From Euryarchaeota archaeon UBA438 (GTDB lineage Archaea; Thermoplasmatota; Poseidoniia; Poseidoniales; Thalassarchaeaceae), in the NCBI GenBank assembly GCA_002504435.1, contig DAQP01000049.1, forward strand, positions 1 to 62,724: 62,724 nt of DNA, written 5' to 3'. This document shows, piece after piece, positions 18,849-27,625 of the stretch; position 1 is the stretch's first letter, and each line of letters begins with the position of its first letter. Below the pieces are notes generated by a model, which saw nothing but the letters and a program-made list of their open reading frames with translations, did no database searches and was not told the DNA's origin. Both the position numbers and the translations under genes were made by a program.

Positions 18849-20555
18849 ATGGATTCCGGGAGTTTTGTGCCAGAAGATTTCGACGCTAGCAAGTGGGACA
18901 ACATAGAGCCCTACGTGGAGGACCTGTTGAATCGTGATCTATCTTGCTCGGGATGCCTCGAGGGGCTGATCGCAGATGCTTCTACTCTGGCCGAACATAT
19001 CTCTGAAACAGGGGCTCTGCTGTATATCGGGATGACCTGTGATACGGAGAGCGAGGAGAAGCGCGATTCGTTCCTTGATTTCGTGGAGAATGTTAGGCCG
19101 AAGTTGTCAGAATTCTCTGACTCGCTGAATAGAAGAATTGTGGAACACCCATCTGTCAATGACATGCCCCCTAGATACGAATTAATGATCAAAGGCATGA
19201 GGAATGACATCGAAATATTCCGAAAGGAGAACATACAATTGGGGGTTGATCAGACTAAGCTTGTCACTGAGGCTCAGGCGATCAACGGTGCGATGACCGT
19301 AAATTTCGATGGCGAGGAAAGAACCATGCCGCAGATGAGAGGCTACATGGAATCCAATGAACGTGGAGTCCGGGAAGATGCATGGAAGGCAGTAATTGAA
19401 AGAAGGATTGTCGACTCGGAGAGGCTTTCAGAGATATTCGATGAGTTGATTTCTATTCGCCATAGGATGGCAGTAAATGCGGGATTCGAGAGTTACACGG
19501 ACTACATGTTCAGAGCTATGCATAGGTTCGATTATTCAAAGGAGGACTGCATCGAGTTCCATGACTCAATAGAGAAGGTTTGCATGCCACTATTGCATGA
19601 AATAAACTCGACCAGAGTGGACTCATTGGGACTGGACAGCCTTAGGCCATGGGATGTCAATGAGAAAACTGGTGTCGGCCCAGACATAGAAGGAAAGCCA
19701 CCATTGCGGCCGTTCGAGAATGTCGAAGAGATGGTGTCAAAACTCTCTGTGATGTTCCATGGAATGTCTGATGTTCTGGGTTCGATGTTCGACAAGCTAG
19801 TCGAAATGGACACCCTTGATCTGGATACCAGGAAGGGGAAGGCTCCTGGAGGATACCAATACTATCTCGAGAAAAGTAGAGTTCCATTCATCTTCATGAA
19901 TGCAGCTGGCCTACAGGGCGATCTAGAGACGATGATACACGAAGCAGGTCACGCCTTCCACTCATTGTACTGCGGACACCTTGATTTGATTGACGAACGA
20001 AACTATCCAATTGAGTTCGCAGAAGTTGCATCAATGTCGATGGAGCTACTGACTCAACCCGGGTGGGACATCTTCTACGAAGAAGGGGGTGCAAACAGAG
20101 CTAGGCGTGCCCATCTGGAAGGAGTAATATTTCTGCTCCCATGGATAGCAACAATTGATTCCTTCCAACATTGGGTTTACGCAAACCCGGGGCATTCGAG
20201 AGAAGAAAGGGAGGATGCTTGGATCGATATTAGGCAGAGATTTGGTTCAGATATGGATTGGTCCAACGTAGATGACTTCAGGGGCGTCTCCTGGCAGGTC
20301 CAGGGGCACCTGTATGGGGCGCCGTTCTACTACATCGAGTACGGAATAGCACAGCTAGGATCACTGCAATTGTGGCAGACGCATCGAAAGGACCGGGGCA
20401 AGGCTTTGGACGATTATGCCAATGCTATGAAACTAGGAAACACGAAACCATTGCCAGAACTATTCTCGGCTGCTGATTTGAGATTGGGTTTCAGCGAAGA
20501 ACATCTGAGTCCGCTAATCGAAGAGATTGGCGTGGCGATGCAAGAGCTCGCGTGA
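18849..20555 (+). CDS. pepF: oligoendopeptidase F family metallopeptidase (M3B)
   Basis: 568 aa, with the zinc motif HEAGHAFH and a downstream EFAEVASM Glu ligand region. Length and layout are typical of PepF. Confidence 0.9.
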   Translation: MDSGSFVPEDFDASKWDNIEPYVEDLLNRDLSCSGCLEGLIADASTLAEHISETGALLYIGMTCDTESEEKRDSFLDFVENVRPKLSEFSDSLNRRIVEHPSVNDMPPRYELMIKGMRNDIEIFRKENIQLGVDQTKLVTEAQAINGAMTVNFDGEERTMPQMRGYMESNERGVREDAWKAVIERRIVDSERLSEIFDELISIRHRMAVNAGFESYTDYMFRAMHRFDYSKEDCIEFHDSIEKVCMPLLHEINSTRVDSLGLDSLRPWDVNEKTGVGPDIEGKPPLRPFENVEEMVSKLSVMFHGMSDVLGSMFDKLVEMDTLDLDTRKGKAPGGYQYYLEKSRVPFIFMNAAGLQGDLETMIHEAGHAFHSLYCGHLDLIDERNYPIEFAEVASMSMELLTQPGWDIFYEEGGANRARRAHLEGVIFLLPWIATIDSFQHWVYANPGHSREEREDAWIDIRQRFGSDMDWSNVDDFRGVSWQVQGHLYGAPFYYIEYGIAQLGSLQLWQTHRKDRGKALDDYANAMKLGNTKPLPELFSAADLRLGFSEEHLSPLIEEIGVAMQELA

Positions 20556-20578
20556 TCGGACACGGGGCCCGCGGGTGA

Positions 20579-21580
20579 TCAGTCCCGCAGACCCTCGGTT
20601 GTCACGTTGAAGACCGCCTCTCCATCTGGCAGGTTTGGGCTGTCCACTAGGCGAGCTATTCTCCGGCCCCCCTTGGACTTCCTCAGATATAGGCGGAATG
20701 TGCTTGCGTGACCAACTATGTGGCCTCCTATTGGCTTGGTGGGGTCGCCCCACATTGCATCTGGCTTCGAGTGGACTTGGTTCGTGACGAGAACCAAGGC
20801 ATTGTTGACGTCGGCCAGCTTCTTCAGATCCTTGAGGTGCCGGTTCAGCTTTTGTTGCCTGGCGGCCAACATTCCCCTTCCCAAATACTCAGCTCTGAAG
20901 TGGCTAGTCAATGAGTCAACTATGATTAGCCTGACATCGACGCTTCTCCCCATCCTCTGGATTTCATCAACGAGGAGCATCTGGTGGGCCGAGTTGTATG
21001 CCCTTGCAACATGGATCCTCTCTAGTGCCTCGGATGGGTCAATACCGACTCCCTCTGCCATCTGTGTTATCCTCTCTGGCCTGAAGGTGTCCTCAGTGTC
21101 AATGTAGAATACTTCTCCGCCGTATCCGCCCTGCTCGACCGGGAGGGCGCAGTTTACGGCTAATTGGTGTCCGACCTGGGTCTTGCCACTTCCGAACTCC
21201 CCATACACCTCGACTATTGCCTGTGTCTCGAAGCCTCCTCCCAGTAGCTCATCTAGAGCGGATGTGCCGGATGTTAGCTTCATCACTTGGCTTCTCTTGT
21301 CCAAAAGTGCTGCACCGCTGATGAATCCCCCGATGTTAGCCAGCTTCTTCGCGCCTGCGATTATCTTGGCTGATACCGCCTCACCGAGTTCCGCCTGCTC
21401 GCCCAACTCAGATGGGCTCATCACTGCTATAGCTAGGAGATCGTCGAAACCGGCGTCCCTGAGTTTCTCAGCGGTCGCTGGACCTACGCCTGGCAAATCC
21501 TCTATTGTCGCCTGGGGCTCGTCCACGTCAATCACTATCTCGTCGTCATCTACCTTCTCACTTGCGGTTGTATCGCTCAT
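20579..21580 (-). CDS. radA: DNA repair and recombination protein RadA
   Basis: The N-terminus is HhH-like ([17 protein letters not shown]). Walker A is GEFGSGKTQ and Walker B is LIIVDS. ATG 21580 is preceded by AAGGTGAG (a Shine-Dalgarno-like sequence) 4-5 nt upstream. Confidence 0.97.
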   Translation of the reverse strand: MSDTTASEKVDDDEIVIDVDEPQATIEDLPGVGPATAEKLRDAGFDDLLAIAVMSPSELGEQAELGEAVSAKIIAGAKKLANIGGFISGAALLDKRSQVMKLTSGTSALDELLGGGFETQAIVEVYGEFGSGKTQVGHQLAVNCALPVEQGGYGGEVFYIDTEDTFRPERITQMAEGVGIDPSEALERIHVARAYNSAHQMLLVDEIQRMGRSVDVRLIIVDSLTSHFRAEYLGRGMLAARQQKLNRHLKDLKKLADVNNALVLVTNQVHSKPDAMWGDPTKPIGGHIVGHASTFRLYLRKSKGGRRIARLVDSPNLPDGEAVFNVTTEGLRD

Positions 21581-21616
21581 TTTCTCACCTTGTATGACCG
21601 ATGCTAACTCTCGGCA

Positions 21617-21626
21617 GTATATGAAC
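21617..21626 (-). promoter_or_regulatory. TATA-box candidate for radA (minus-strand GTTCATATAC)
   Basis: The AT-rich box lies about 38-46 nt upstream of the radA ATG. The same 9-mer, TATATGAAC on the plus strand, recurs at 21820-21828 upstream of the tRNA. Confidence 0.45.
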
Positions 21627-21651
21627 AAACGATGGGGTGCTTATGTTAATT

Positions 21652-21703
21652 GAAAGTGCTAATTACACCAAAATGCTTCTCAGTGTAATGTTTTTTCACT
21701 TTC
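21652..21703 (-). other. bipartite inverted repeat between the tRNA 3' end and the radA promoter
   Basis: On the plus strand, GAAAGTG (21652-58) and ATTACAC (21662-68) pair with GTGTAAT (21683-89) and CACTTTC (21697-703). That gives 14 bp in two perfect 7-bp stems around a 14-nt loop, inside the most AT-rich stretch of the window. Confidence 0.4.
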
Positions 21704-21720
21704 AGTTTTCTTTTATTGTT

Positions 21721-21798
21721 TGGTAACGGGTGGTGGATTTGAACCACCGATCTCCGGGTTATGAGCCCGACGAGATAACCTGACTACTCCAACCCGTT
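21721..21798 (-). tRNA. initiator tRNA-Met (anticodon CAT), CCA encoded
   Basis: The cloverleaf was read by hand. The acceptor stem is AACGGGT/ACCCGTT with A1:U72. The anticodon loop is CTCATAA, closed by three consecutive G:C pairs (GGG/CCC). The T arm is GGTGG-TTCAAAT-CCACC, the discriminator is A, and a 3' CCA is encoded. A1:U72 plus the 3xGC anticodon stem are the archaeal/eukaryotic initiator hallmarks. Confidence 0.88.
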
Positions 21799-21817
21799 GC
21801 ATTCGGGGCGGAACGGG

Positions 21818-21827
21818 AATATATGAA
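21818..21827 (-). promoter_or_regulatory. TATA box for the initiator tRNA (minus-strand TTCATATATT)
   Basis: The box is centred about 25 nt upstream of tRNA position +1 (21798), the canonical archaeal spacing. Confidence 0.5.
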
Positions 21828-21867
21828 CGCAACCACATTCATGCTATCTAGCCCGTTTACAATCAGA

Positions 21868-23262
21868 ATGGTGATGAGTCGCCTTTTCCCCCGAGGGGAT
21901 GGTGGAGAGGTGTCCGGTAACCTTCTGATACGTGGTTCGACGATGGTTCTCGCTGGTCGAGAGGTTGTGGGGGACCTTCGCGTTTCTAGTGGAGTGATTT
22001 CTGTCGTTTCCCCTGGAGGGGGCCTGGAGCCTGTTCCAGGAGAGGTGGTAATTGACGGCGAGGGTTTGCATCTCCTTCCTGGTGCTATTGACCCCCATGT
22101 ACACTTCAGAGAGCCCGGACAACCAGAAAAGGAGGATCTTGAGAGCGGGAGTCGGGCTGCCGCCGCAGGAGGAGTGACTGCATTTCTCGACATGCCGAAC
22201 AACATTCCGAATGCTACCAATAGGTTGCAGTTGGAAAGGAAAATTGCCCTAGCTGGTAAAAAGGCGGTAACCCATCATGGTTTTTTCATTGGTGCGACAA
22301 AGGACAACGTCAGTGATTTGCAAAGCGTTGAAGGAATGGACGGCGTTTGCGGAATCAAAGTATTTATGGGGAGCAGTACAGGGGATTTGCTCGTTCATGA
22401 GCAAAAACATCTCGAGGATATTTTCGCCAACACCGGAGGGATAATTGCAACTCATGCAGAGGACGAGGATCGCTTACAACGGCGCATAGCGGAGTTTTCT
22501 AATCGGACAGATATTGCTTCGCACGCTGAGTGCAGAGACGTGGAATGCGCTTTCATCGCAACGAAGCGCGCCGCAGCTCTTGCTAAGGATCATGAACACA
22601 GACTCCACATCGTCCATATGACGAGTGCTAAGGAAGCGGACTGGTTAACAAAAAACAAGGGGGACCTGATTACAACAGAAGTTTGCACTCAACACCTGAC
22701 ATTCGACCAAGATGATGTTGAGGAAATAGGGGTACGGGTCCTGATGAATCCGCCCATTCGCTATACCGAGGACAAGGAAACACTGTGGAAGAGGCTCAAG
22801 GACGGGACCATCGATTGCGTTGTTACCGATCATGCACCACACACTTTGGAATCTAAATCGTTGGGTTTTCCGAATGCTCCAGCAGGGATGCCCGGTGTTG
22901 AAACCTCTCTCCCCCTGATGCTTACTCACGCAGTAAATGGGAAGTGTAGCGTCCCAGATGTAGTTAGGTGGATGTGCGAAGGGCCTGCCAGGGTCTATGG
23001 AATGAAAAACAAGGGATCTCTGATTGAAGGGTATGATGGCGATCTAACTCTCGTAGACTTGCAATACCGGCAAACCATTACTGATGCGGACACCTGGACC
23101 AGGGTTGGATGGACTCCTTACTCCGGGATGGAGCTCACGGGTTGGCCGAAGTACACCATTGTGGATGGCAAGATTGTCCACAAGAGGGAGGTTGGTGGAC
23201 CATTACGCGGAGTGCCCGTAGCATCGCCTGGTTCTGCTGGTAGGGCATTACAGTTCGACTGA
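21868..23262 (+). CDS. pyrC: dihydroorotase (cyclic amidohydrolase family)
   Basis: AIDPHVHFREPG (HxH metal site), the carboxylated-Lys region GIKVFMG and VTDHAPH are present. The ORF's first ATG (21823) lies inside the tRNA TATA box, so the start was placed at ATG 21868; the exact start is uncertain. Confidence 0.85.
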   Translation: MVMSRLFPRGDGGEVSGNLLIRGSTMVLAGREVVGDLRVSSGVISVVSPGGGLEPVPGEVVIDGEGLHLLPGAIDPHVHFREPGQPEKEDLESGSRAAAAGGVTAFLDMPNNIPNATNRLQLERKIALAGKKAVTHHGFFIGATKDNVSDLQSVEGMDGVCGIKVFMGSSTGDLLVHEQKHLEDIFANTGGIIATHAEDEDRLQRRIAEFSNRTDIASHAECRDVECAFIATKRAAALAKDHEHRLHIVHMTSAKEADWLTKNKGDLITTEVCTQHLTFDQDDVEEIGVRVLMNPPIRYTEDKETLWKRLKDGTIDCVVTDHAPHTLESKSLGFPNAPAGMPGVETSLPLMLTHAVNGKCSVPDVVRWMCEGPARVYGMKNKGSLIEGYDGDLTLVDLQYRQTITDADTWTRVGWTPYSGMELTGWPKYTIVDGKIVHKREVGGPLRGVPVASPGSAGRALQFD

Positions 23263-25701
23263 TCAGCCTTCTACAGTTGCCGACTCTCCGTCTGAGCCAT
23301 CTGAATCTTCGGATTCGATTTCTTCCTCAGTCTCGTAGTAGTAGACCACGGGTTCATCGTAGCCTGGCAACTCCAGCTCAACCATGGAAGTAAGGTCACC
23401 GGTCCTGTGAACAGAGGCTCCGGCTGCGGAGAAGGCGTAGATGTAGTCGCCCATGAAAATCGACCTGCGGATGCTGGTCGAGCCGCTCCACCAACCGGAT
23501 AGCCCGTCATCGTTGTAGAACTCAGAGTGATTCACCATTCCATGAGTGGATAGTGTGCCATTCTCTGCATCCACATTGATCAGCTCAAGTGTTGAAACGA
23601 ACTCGTAACCCGAGTATGTGTAGGTCTTGTCATCGAACTCGATTTGTTCGTAGATGTACCTGTATGTAGACAGAGGGACTGCGAGTAAATGCTCTGGAGC
23701 CCAATATGTGAATGCCTTGTGTTCGTATGTGGCCTCAGAGTATGACCATGACCATCCACATCCCCACTCGTCACAATGGTCATCTTCGTAGGCAGGCGAC
23801 AACTGCAGTGAGTCAGCTAGTGTGGGGTTTGTTGGATCACTGACATCGAAAAGCGATACCTGGGTCATGGACCAGTCTAGTCCGAGTCCATCTGGCCCGG
23901 GCCCGATTCCAATTGTCAGAAGAGTGTCTGAGTCAACTGGATGAATATATGTGGACACCCCCGGGACCTCCAGCTCCCCTAGGATTGCTGGATTGGTCGG
24001 GTTGGTTAGGTCGATTACCCACAGAGGGTCGATAGTCTCGAATGTGACCAAGTAAGCCCTGTCGCCAACGAAACGAGCGCTCCAGATGCGCTCATCTGGC
24101 GCGATGTTTCCTACGTGTCCAATCTGGATCATTTCAGAAGATTCGTCATCGCATCCTTCTGGAATCATGCACTCCGCAACTGCGAGAGTGAACACGTTAT
24201 TGGTCGGCCCAGTCCATTCCTCGGTTCCTTCTAGCCACCAGCGGCCCCATGCGTCTTCAGTTGTTGCTACACGAATTATTCCGTGGTGCTCTGAGATGGA
24301 AAACTGATCCTGAACTGTGCCATCAACTCGTCCCGAGGCCACGTATGTCGTCTCAGACGGATCGCTGATATCGAAGACGTGGATGTTGGTTGCATCGTCC
24401 CAGCCGAAGTTTCTCCAGAACCACCACCAGTCATTGGCTGGCTCTGCGAGTACCATCACATCCTGTGAGGCATACACGTGCGCCCATGAGGAAGTGATGT
24501 GGTCCAATTGCATTTCAGATTCATCTCCGAGTAATTCGATAGTCATGATTGTGCTAAAGCCGCGACCCGCGCTGTCGGCACTGGCCGAGAACTCACCGCA
24601 GTCTTCGGAAGTTGTGGGATGTTGGAAGAGTCCGTCTTCGCCTACCTCATACAGGTGGGGCGCGAAGTCATCCAGAGTCAAATCGTCGATAATCGCCTGA
24701 TTTGCTGCGATCGTTTCCTCCATGCTCTGGTTCCAAATTTCCATCTTCTCCTCATCGGCATCTGCTTCCCAGTAAGCTTCTGGAAGATAGACCCAAGTTC
24801 TGAGTCCGTCGATTTGCGTCCAAAGGTGAGTGACTGAGCGCATTGTTCCATCTACTAGTCGTGCAGTATGGTAATTGCCCTCGATGTATAGTTCGCGCTC
24901 GACCTCGGGCGCACTTCTGTCTGTGATGTCAACAACGGTGTACTTCACTATGTTCTGAACACGAGTGTAGGTGTAGGTATACTCATCCTCGCCGGGGTAG
25001 CTGACTGTGACCTCCTCGGACATGAGTTCCCTGAGAGGATCGTCTTGAGGCAGGCTCCAGTAGTAGACAGATGATGCAATGACCAGTCTGTCGCCCTCAA
25101 GCATCATCTGCATAGGGTAACCCTGGATGCTGAGGTTTGACTCAAGAGTGAGCTCGCCAAACTCTGGCACGCCCATTATTACCAGAAGGTTGCCATTCAG
25201 CATGTAGATGTGGTACCCGTCAGTCTTCAGGAAGTCAGCCTCATCTACGCCTTCTTCCTGGTTGTTTGTTCCTGAAAACTCGCCCTCACGACCGGAGTCG
25301 CTATCGGCGGATCCACCGGCATTGGAGCCAGAGTCATCCGCTGCAGACTCAGTTGCGCCGTCCATCATTGCGCCATCTTCCTCGAACATTACTCCGCCAC
25401 CGCGCCAGACAGGGCCAGCCCAATGCCAGTATGACTGCTGGTCTAGTGACACTAACATTTCATTGTAGATTGACTCCTGCAAATCTGCTAGAAGTATGTC
25501 GCATTGATCGTAAGTCTCGAGTACCGGTGTGGACCTCTCTCGCTCAGGCAGGTCCAGGTGAGGATATTCACCGTCGAGCCAGTCGAAGACTGAATCAATG
25601 ATCTCTTCCTCGGCATCCACTATGTCTTCTACTGCGCCCAGACAGCCTGAGTTGAGCATCATTACTAGAACCATGAGTGCTGCGTTCTTTCCTGTGTTCA
25701 T
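23263..25701 (-). CDS. secreted beta-propeller domain protein (Beta_propel/PF09826-like)
   Basis: The signal sequence has a lipobox-like LNSGC. FLKTDGYHIYMLNGNLLVI and RFVGDRAYLVTFETIDPLWVIDLTNPTNPAILGELEVPGVSTYIHP match the family signature as I remember it. The C-terminal tail is acidic. The ORF-track start at 25755 is TTG; the first ATG is 25701. Confidence 0.78.
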   Translation of the reverse strand: MNTGKNAALMVLVMMLNSGCLGAVEDIVDAEEEIIDSVFDWLDGEYPHLDLPERERSTPVLETYDQCDILLADLQESIYNEMLVSLDQQSYWHWAGPVWRGGGVMFEEDGAMMDGATESAADDSGSNAGGSADSDSGREGEFSGTNNQEEGVDEADFLKTDGYHIYMLNGNLLVIMGVPEFGELTLESNLSIQGYPMQMMLEGDRLVIASSVYYWSLPQDDPLRELMSEEVTVSYPGEDEYTYTYTRVQNIVKYTVVDITDRSAPEVERELYIEGNYHTARLVDGTMRSVTHLWTQIDGLRTWVYLPEAYWEADADEEKMEIWNQSMEETIAANQAIIDDLTLDDFAPHLYEVGEDGLFQHPTTSEDCGEFSASADSAGRGFSTIMTIELLGDESEMQLDHITSSWAHVYASQDVMVLAEPANDWWWFWRNFGWDDATNIHVFDISDPSETTYVASGRVDGTVQDQFSISEHHGIIRVATTEDAWGRWWLEGTEEWTGPTNNVFTLAVAECMIPEGCDDESSEMIQIGHVGNIAPDERIWSARFVGDRAYLVTFETIDPLWVIDLTNPTNPAILGELEVPGVSTYIHPVDSDTLLTIGIGPGPDGLGLDWSMTQVSLFDVSDPTNPTLADSLQLSPAYEDDHCDEWGCGWSWSYSEATYEHKAFTYWAPEHLLAVPLSTYRYIYEQIEFDDKTYTYSGYEFVSTLELINVDAENGTLSTHGMVNHSEFYNDDGLSGWWSGSTSIRRSIFMGDYIYAFSAAGASVHRTGDLTSMVELELPGYDEPVVYYYETEEEIESEDSDGSDGESATVEG

Positions 25702-25781
25702 GAAAATTCGGAGCGGAGATTCCCATATCAAGAGACTGGTATGATGATTGGACAAAATCTTGGGGATTTCTATTTGGAAAC

Positions 25782-25800
25782 ATAAAATAAGCTATTTTAT
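25782..25800. promoter_or_regulatory. palindromic double TATA element ATAAAAT-AAGCT-ATTTTAT in a divergent promoter
   Basis: The 7-nt arms are perfect. The left arm is centred about 26 nt upstream of the ybaN-like ATG (25812), consistent with a leaderless mRNA. The right arm reads as the same box for the minus-strand gene. Confidence 0.45.
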
Positions 25801-25811
25801 GGCGACTAGTT

Positions 25812-26237
25812 ATGGATGGTCAGGGAGTCCACACCGTCGATCTGGAGCGTTCTGGATTAAGTCGTACATTTTGGTTCTTGGCGGGGCTAGTATTTGTTGC
25901 CGTGGGAATGGTTGGAGTAGTCGTTCCGGGCTTGCCCACAACGCCTCTAATGATTCTCGCAGCGGCCTGCTTTGCAAAATCCAGTCAGAGATTCTATGAT
26001 TGGATAATCGACAACAAGATGTTCGGTCATCACGTTAAGAATTACCGAGAAGGTCGGGGAATACCTGCAAAAAGCAAAAGAGCAATTATTCCGGTATTGT
26101 GGTTCTTCGTTCTGTTCGCGATTTTTGCGGGCATACCAGATAGTCTCCCATACGCCAAGGTAGCTACTCTCGCACTGGCGCTTCTTGGAACTGCCTTCAT
26201 CCTCAGGATTCCGAACCTTGAGGTTCGTCAGAGTTGA
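25812..26237 (+). CDS. ybaN: DUF454/YbaN-family inner membrane protein
   Basis: PGLPTTPLMILAAACFAKSSQRFYDWI closely matches the E. coli YbaN N-terminal motif ([28 protein letters not shown]). Confidence 0.8.
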   Translation: MDGQGVHTVDLERSGLSRTFWFLAGLVFVAVGMVGVVVPGLPTTPLMILAAACFAKSSQRFYDWIIDNKMFGHHVKNYREGRGIPAKSKRAIIPVLWFFVLFAIFAGIPDSLPYAKVATLALALLGTAFILRIPNLEVRQS

Positions 26238-27243
26238 GCGCTGACCTTACTAACTGGCTCATGCCCTCTATCCAGTCGGGCCTATCATTCAGGCAGCTCA
26301 CCAGTTCCATTTCCTCCCCGCCCCTTTCTATGAACTGGTTTCTCATCTCGATGTCAATTTCTTCGAGGGTCTCAAGCCCGTCAGCCAGGAAAGCTGGGGA
26401 AACAATGGTCAGCTTCTTGATTCCACTATCTACCAATTGATCCACCTTTTCTATGGAAGAAGGCCTCAGCCATTTAACGGGCCCTAGTCTGCTCTGGTAG
26501 CTTTGGGACCAGGAGTCGTCGTCAATACCTAGCGCCTCTACGACTGCCAGCGTAGTCATTGTACAATGATGGGCGTAGCAGGAAGAGTTGGCATCTGTTG
26601 GGATGGTGCAGCAATTGTCCACTTTCTGACAGTGTGAACCGGTCTTATCCGCCCTGTAGATATGGGACAACGGCAGTCCGTGATAAGAGAATAACAGATG
26701 GGTGTCTTCATCCATGTGTGGTCTTATCGATTCAACCAAAGGTCCGATGAATGACGGGTCTTTCTCGAAATGGTCAAGCTCAGATATCTCCGGTGACCAG
26801 CCCATTTCATCCATTTGCCTGTACGCGAATTTCAGGGATGATTCCGTGGTCGCTTGAGCGTGGTGCGGAAAAAGTGGGGCCAAGAGGACTCTTTCCACGC
26901 CGCTATCTCTGAGGTTCTGCAGCCCCTGACGAATGCTGGGGTTTCCATACCTCATCCCGACCTCACAGGGCATGCCGAGAGCCTCTTGGAGTGCAGAGGC
27001 CATTCTATCAGTGTAAACTCTGAGTGGTGAGCCCTCTTCCATCCAAATGCTCTGATAGCTTGGGGCAATCTTCCTAGGCCTTGTTCTGAGAATTATCCCT
27101 CGAACAAGAAGGTGCCTCAGTGGCGTCGGAATGTCGATGACATCCGGATCCAATAGGAATTCCCTCAGATACTCCCTCACCGACTCAACAGTAGGCTCGT
27201 CAGGAGTCCCGACGTTCATCAGGAGTACTCCGCTAGGGGTCAT
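26203..27243 (-). CDS. hemH: ferrochelatase
   Basis: GVLLMNVGTPDEPTVESVREYLREFLLDPDVIDIP, LLFSYHGLP and a C-terminal FLADGLETLEEI are present. The start was set at ATG 27243; the ORF-track start at 27291 is TTG. Confidence 0.9.
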   Translation of the reverse strand: MTPSGVLLMNVGTPDEPTVESVREYLREFLLDPDVIDIPTPLRHLLVRGIILRTRPRKIAPSYQSIWMEEGSPLRVYTDRMASALQEALGMPCEVGMRYGNPSIRQGLQNLRDSGVERVLLAPLFPHHAQATTESSLKFAYRQMDEMGWSPEISELDHFEKDPSFIGPLVESIRPHMDEDTHLLFSYHGLPLSHIYRADKTGSHCQKVDNCCTIPTDANSSCYAHHCTMTTLAVVEALGIDDDSWSQSYQSRLGPVKWLRPSSIEKVDQLVDSGIKKLTIVSPAFLADGLETLEEIDIEMRNQFIERGGEEMELVSCLNDRPDWIEGMSQLVRSALNSDEPQGSES

Positions 27244-27264
27244 GACACTACGCAATAAATTCAG

Positions 27265-27273
27265 TAAATAAAA
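27265..27273 (-). promoter_or_regulatory. TATA box candidate for hemH (minus-strand TTTTATTTA)
   Basis: It lies 22-30 nt upstream of ATG 27243, implying a leaderless or near-leaderless transcript. Confidence 0.45.
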
Positions 27274-27291
27274 TGCGTCATTGGTCCGCAA

Positions 27292-27498
27292 TTATGACAG
27301 TTCTGGAATCGTATTAGCATGTGTAATTCCGAACGGGAATACGGTGGCAATCGGTGTGGCTGTGTTTCCCGGTTCGGCTTCTACCTCCCCATCTTCACTC
27401 ATCGTTTCAACGCCTCCGTGATCATCGCCGGAGACGAGGCTCTGCGTGCCGCCCAGGAAGATCAGGGCGGCGATCTGTAGATCCAAGTTCTGGTCCAT
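27292..27498 (-). CDS. hypothetical small protein (hydrophobic N-terminus, acidic C-terminal half)
   Basis: This is the only ORF filling the 27244-27625 gap. The product has LQIAALIFLGGTQSLVSG followed by DDHGGVETMSEDGEVEAEPG. No motif was recognised and coding status is unproven. Confidence 0.25.
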   Translation of the reverse strand: MDQNLDLQIAALIFLGGTQSLVSGDDHGGVETMSEDGEVEAEPGNTATPIATVFPFGITHANTIPELS

Positions 27499-27600
27499 CA
27501 AGACGTCATCATCGTAATCAGTGACTTAAGCAGCTTGGGCTCCTGCGTCACTTATGCTTCATACGAAAACGTAACACTGCTCTACATCAAGAAGAAACTC

Positions 27601-27615
27601 GGCGATATGTTCGCC
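27601..27615 (-). terminator. hairpin followed by a T-rich tract downstream of csp
   Basis: On the minus strand, GGCGA-ACATA-TCGCC is followed by GAGTTTCTTCTT, starting 10 nt after the csp stop. Confidence 0.3.
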
Positions 27616-27625
27616 GGTTTAGAAA

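Noticed and set aside
21823-21867. ATG 21823 as the pyrC start.
   Set aside because: That ATG lies inside the TATA box of the divergently transcribed initiator tRNA, and the encoded 15 residues are not part of the dihydroorotase fold.
21581-21868. The tRNA gene as an integration site for a mobile element or genomic island.
   Set aside because: The tRNA is flanked by core genes (radA, pyrC). There is no integrase and no direct repeat of the tRNA 3' end.
27499-27545. A possible C/D-box sRNA, based on an ATGATGA box on the minus strand with CTGA nearby.
   Set aside because: The CTGA precedes rather than follows the C-box-like element. No properly spaced D box, C'/D' pair or terminal stem could be found.
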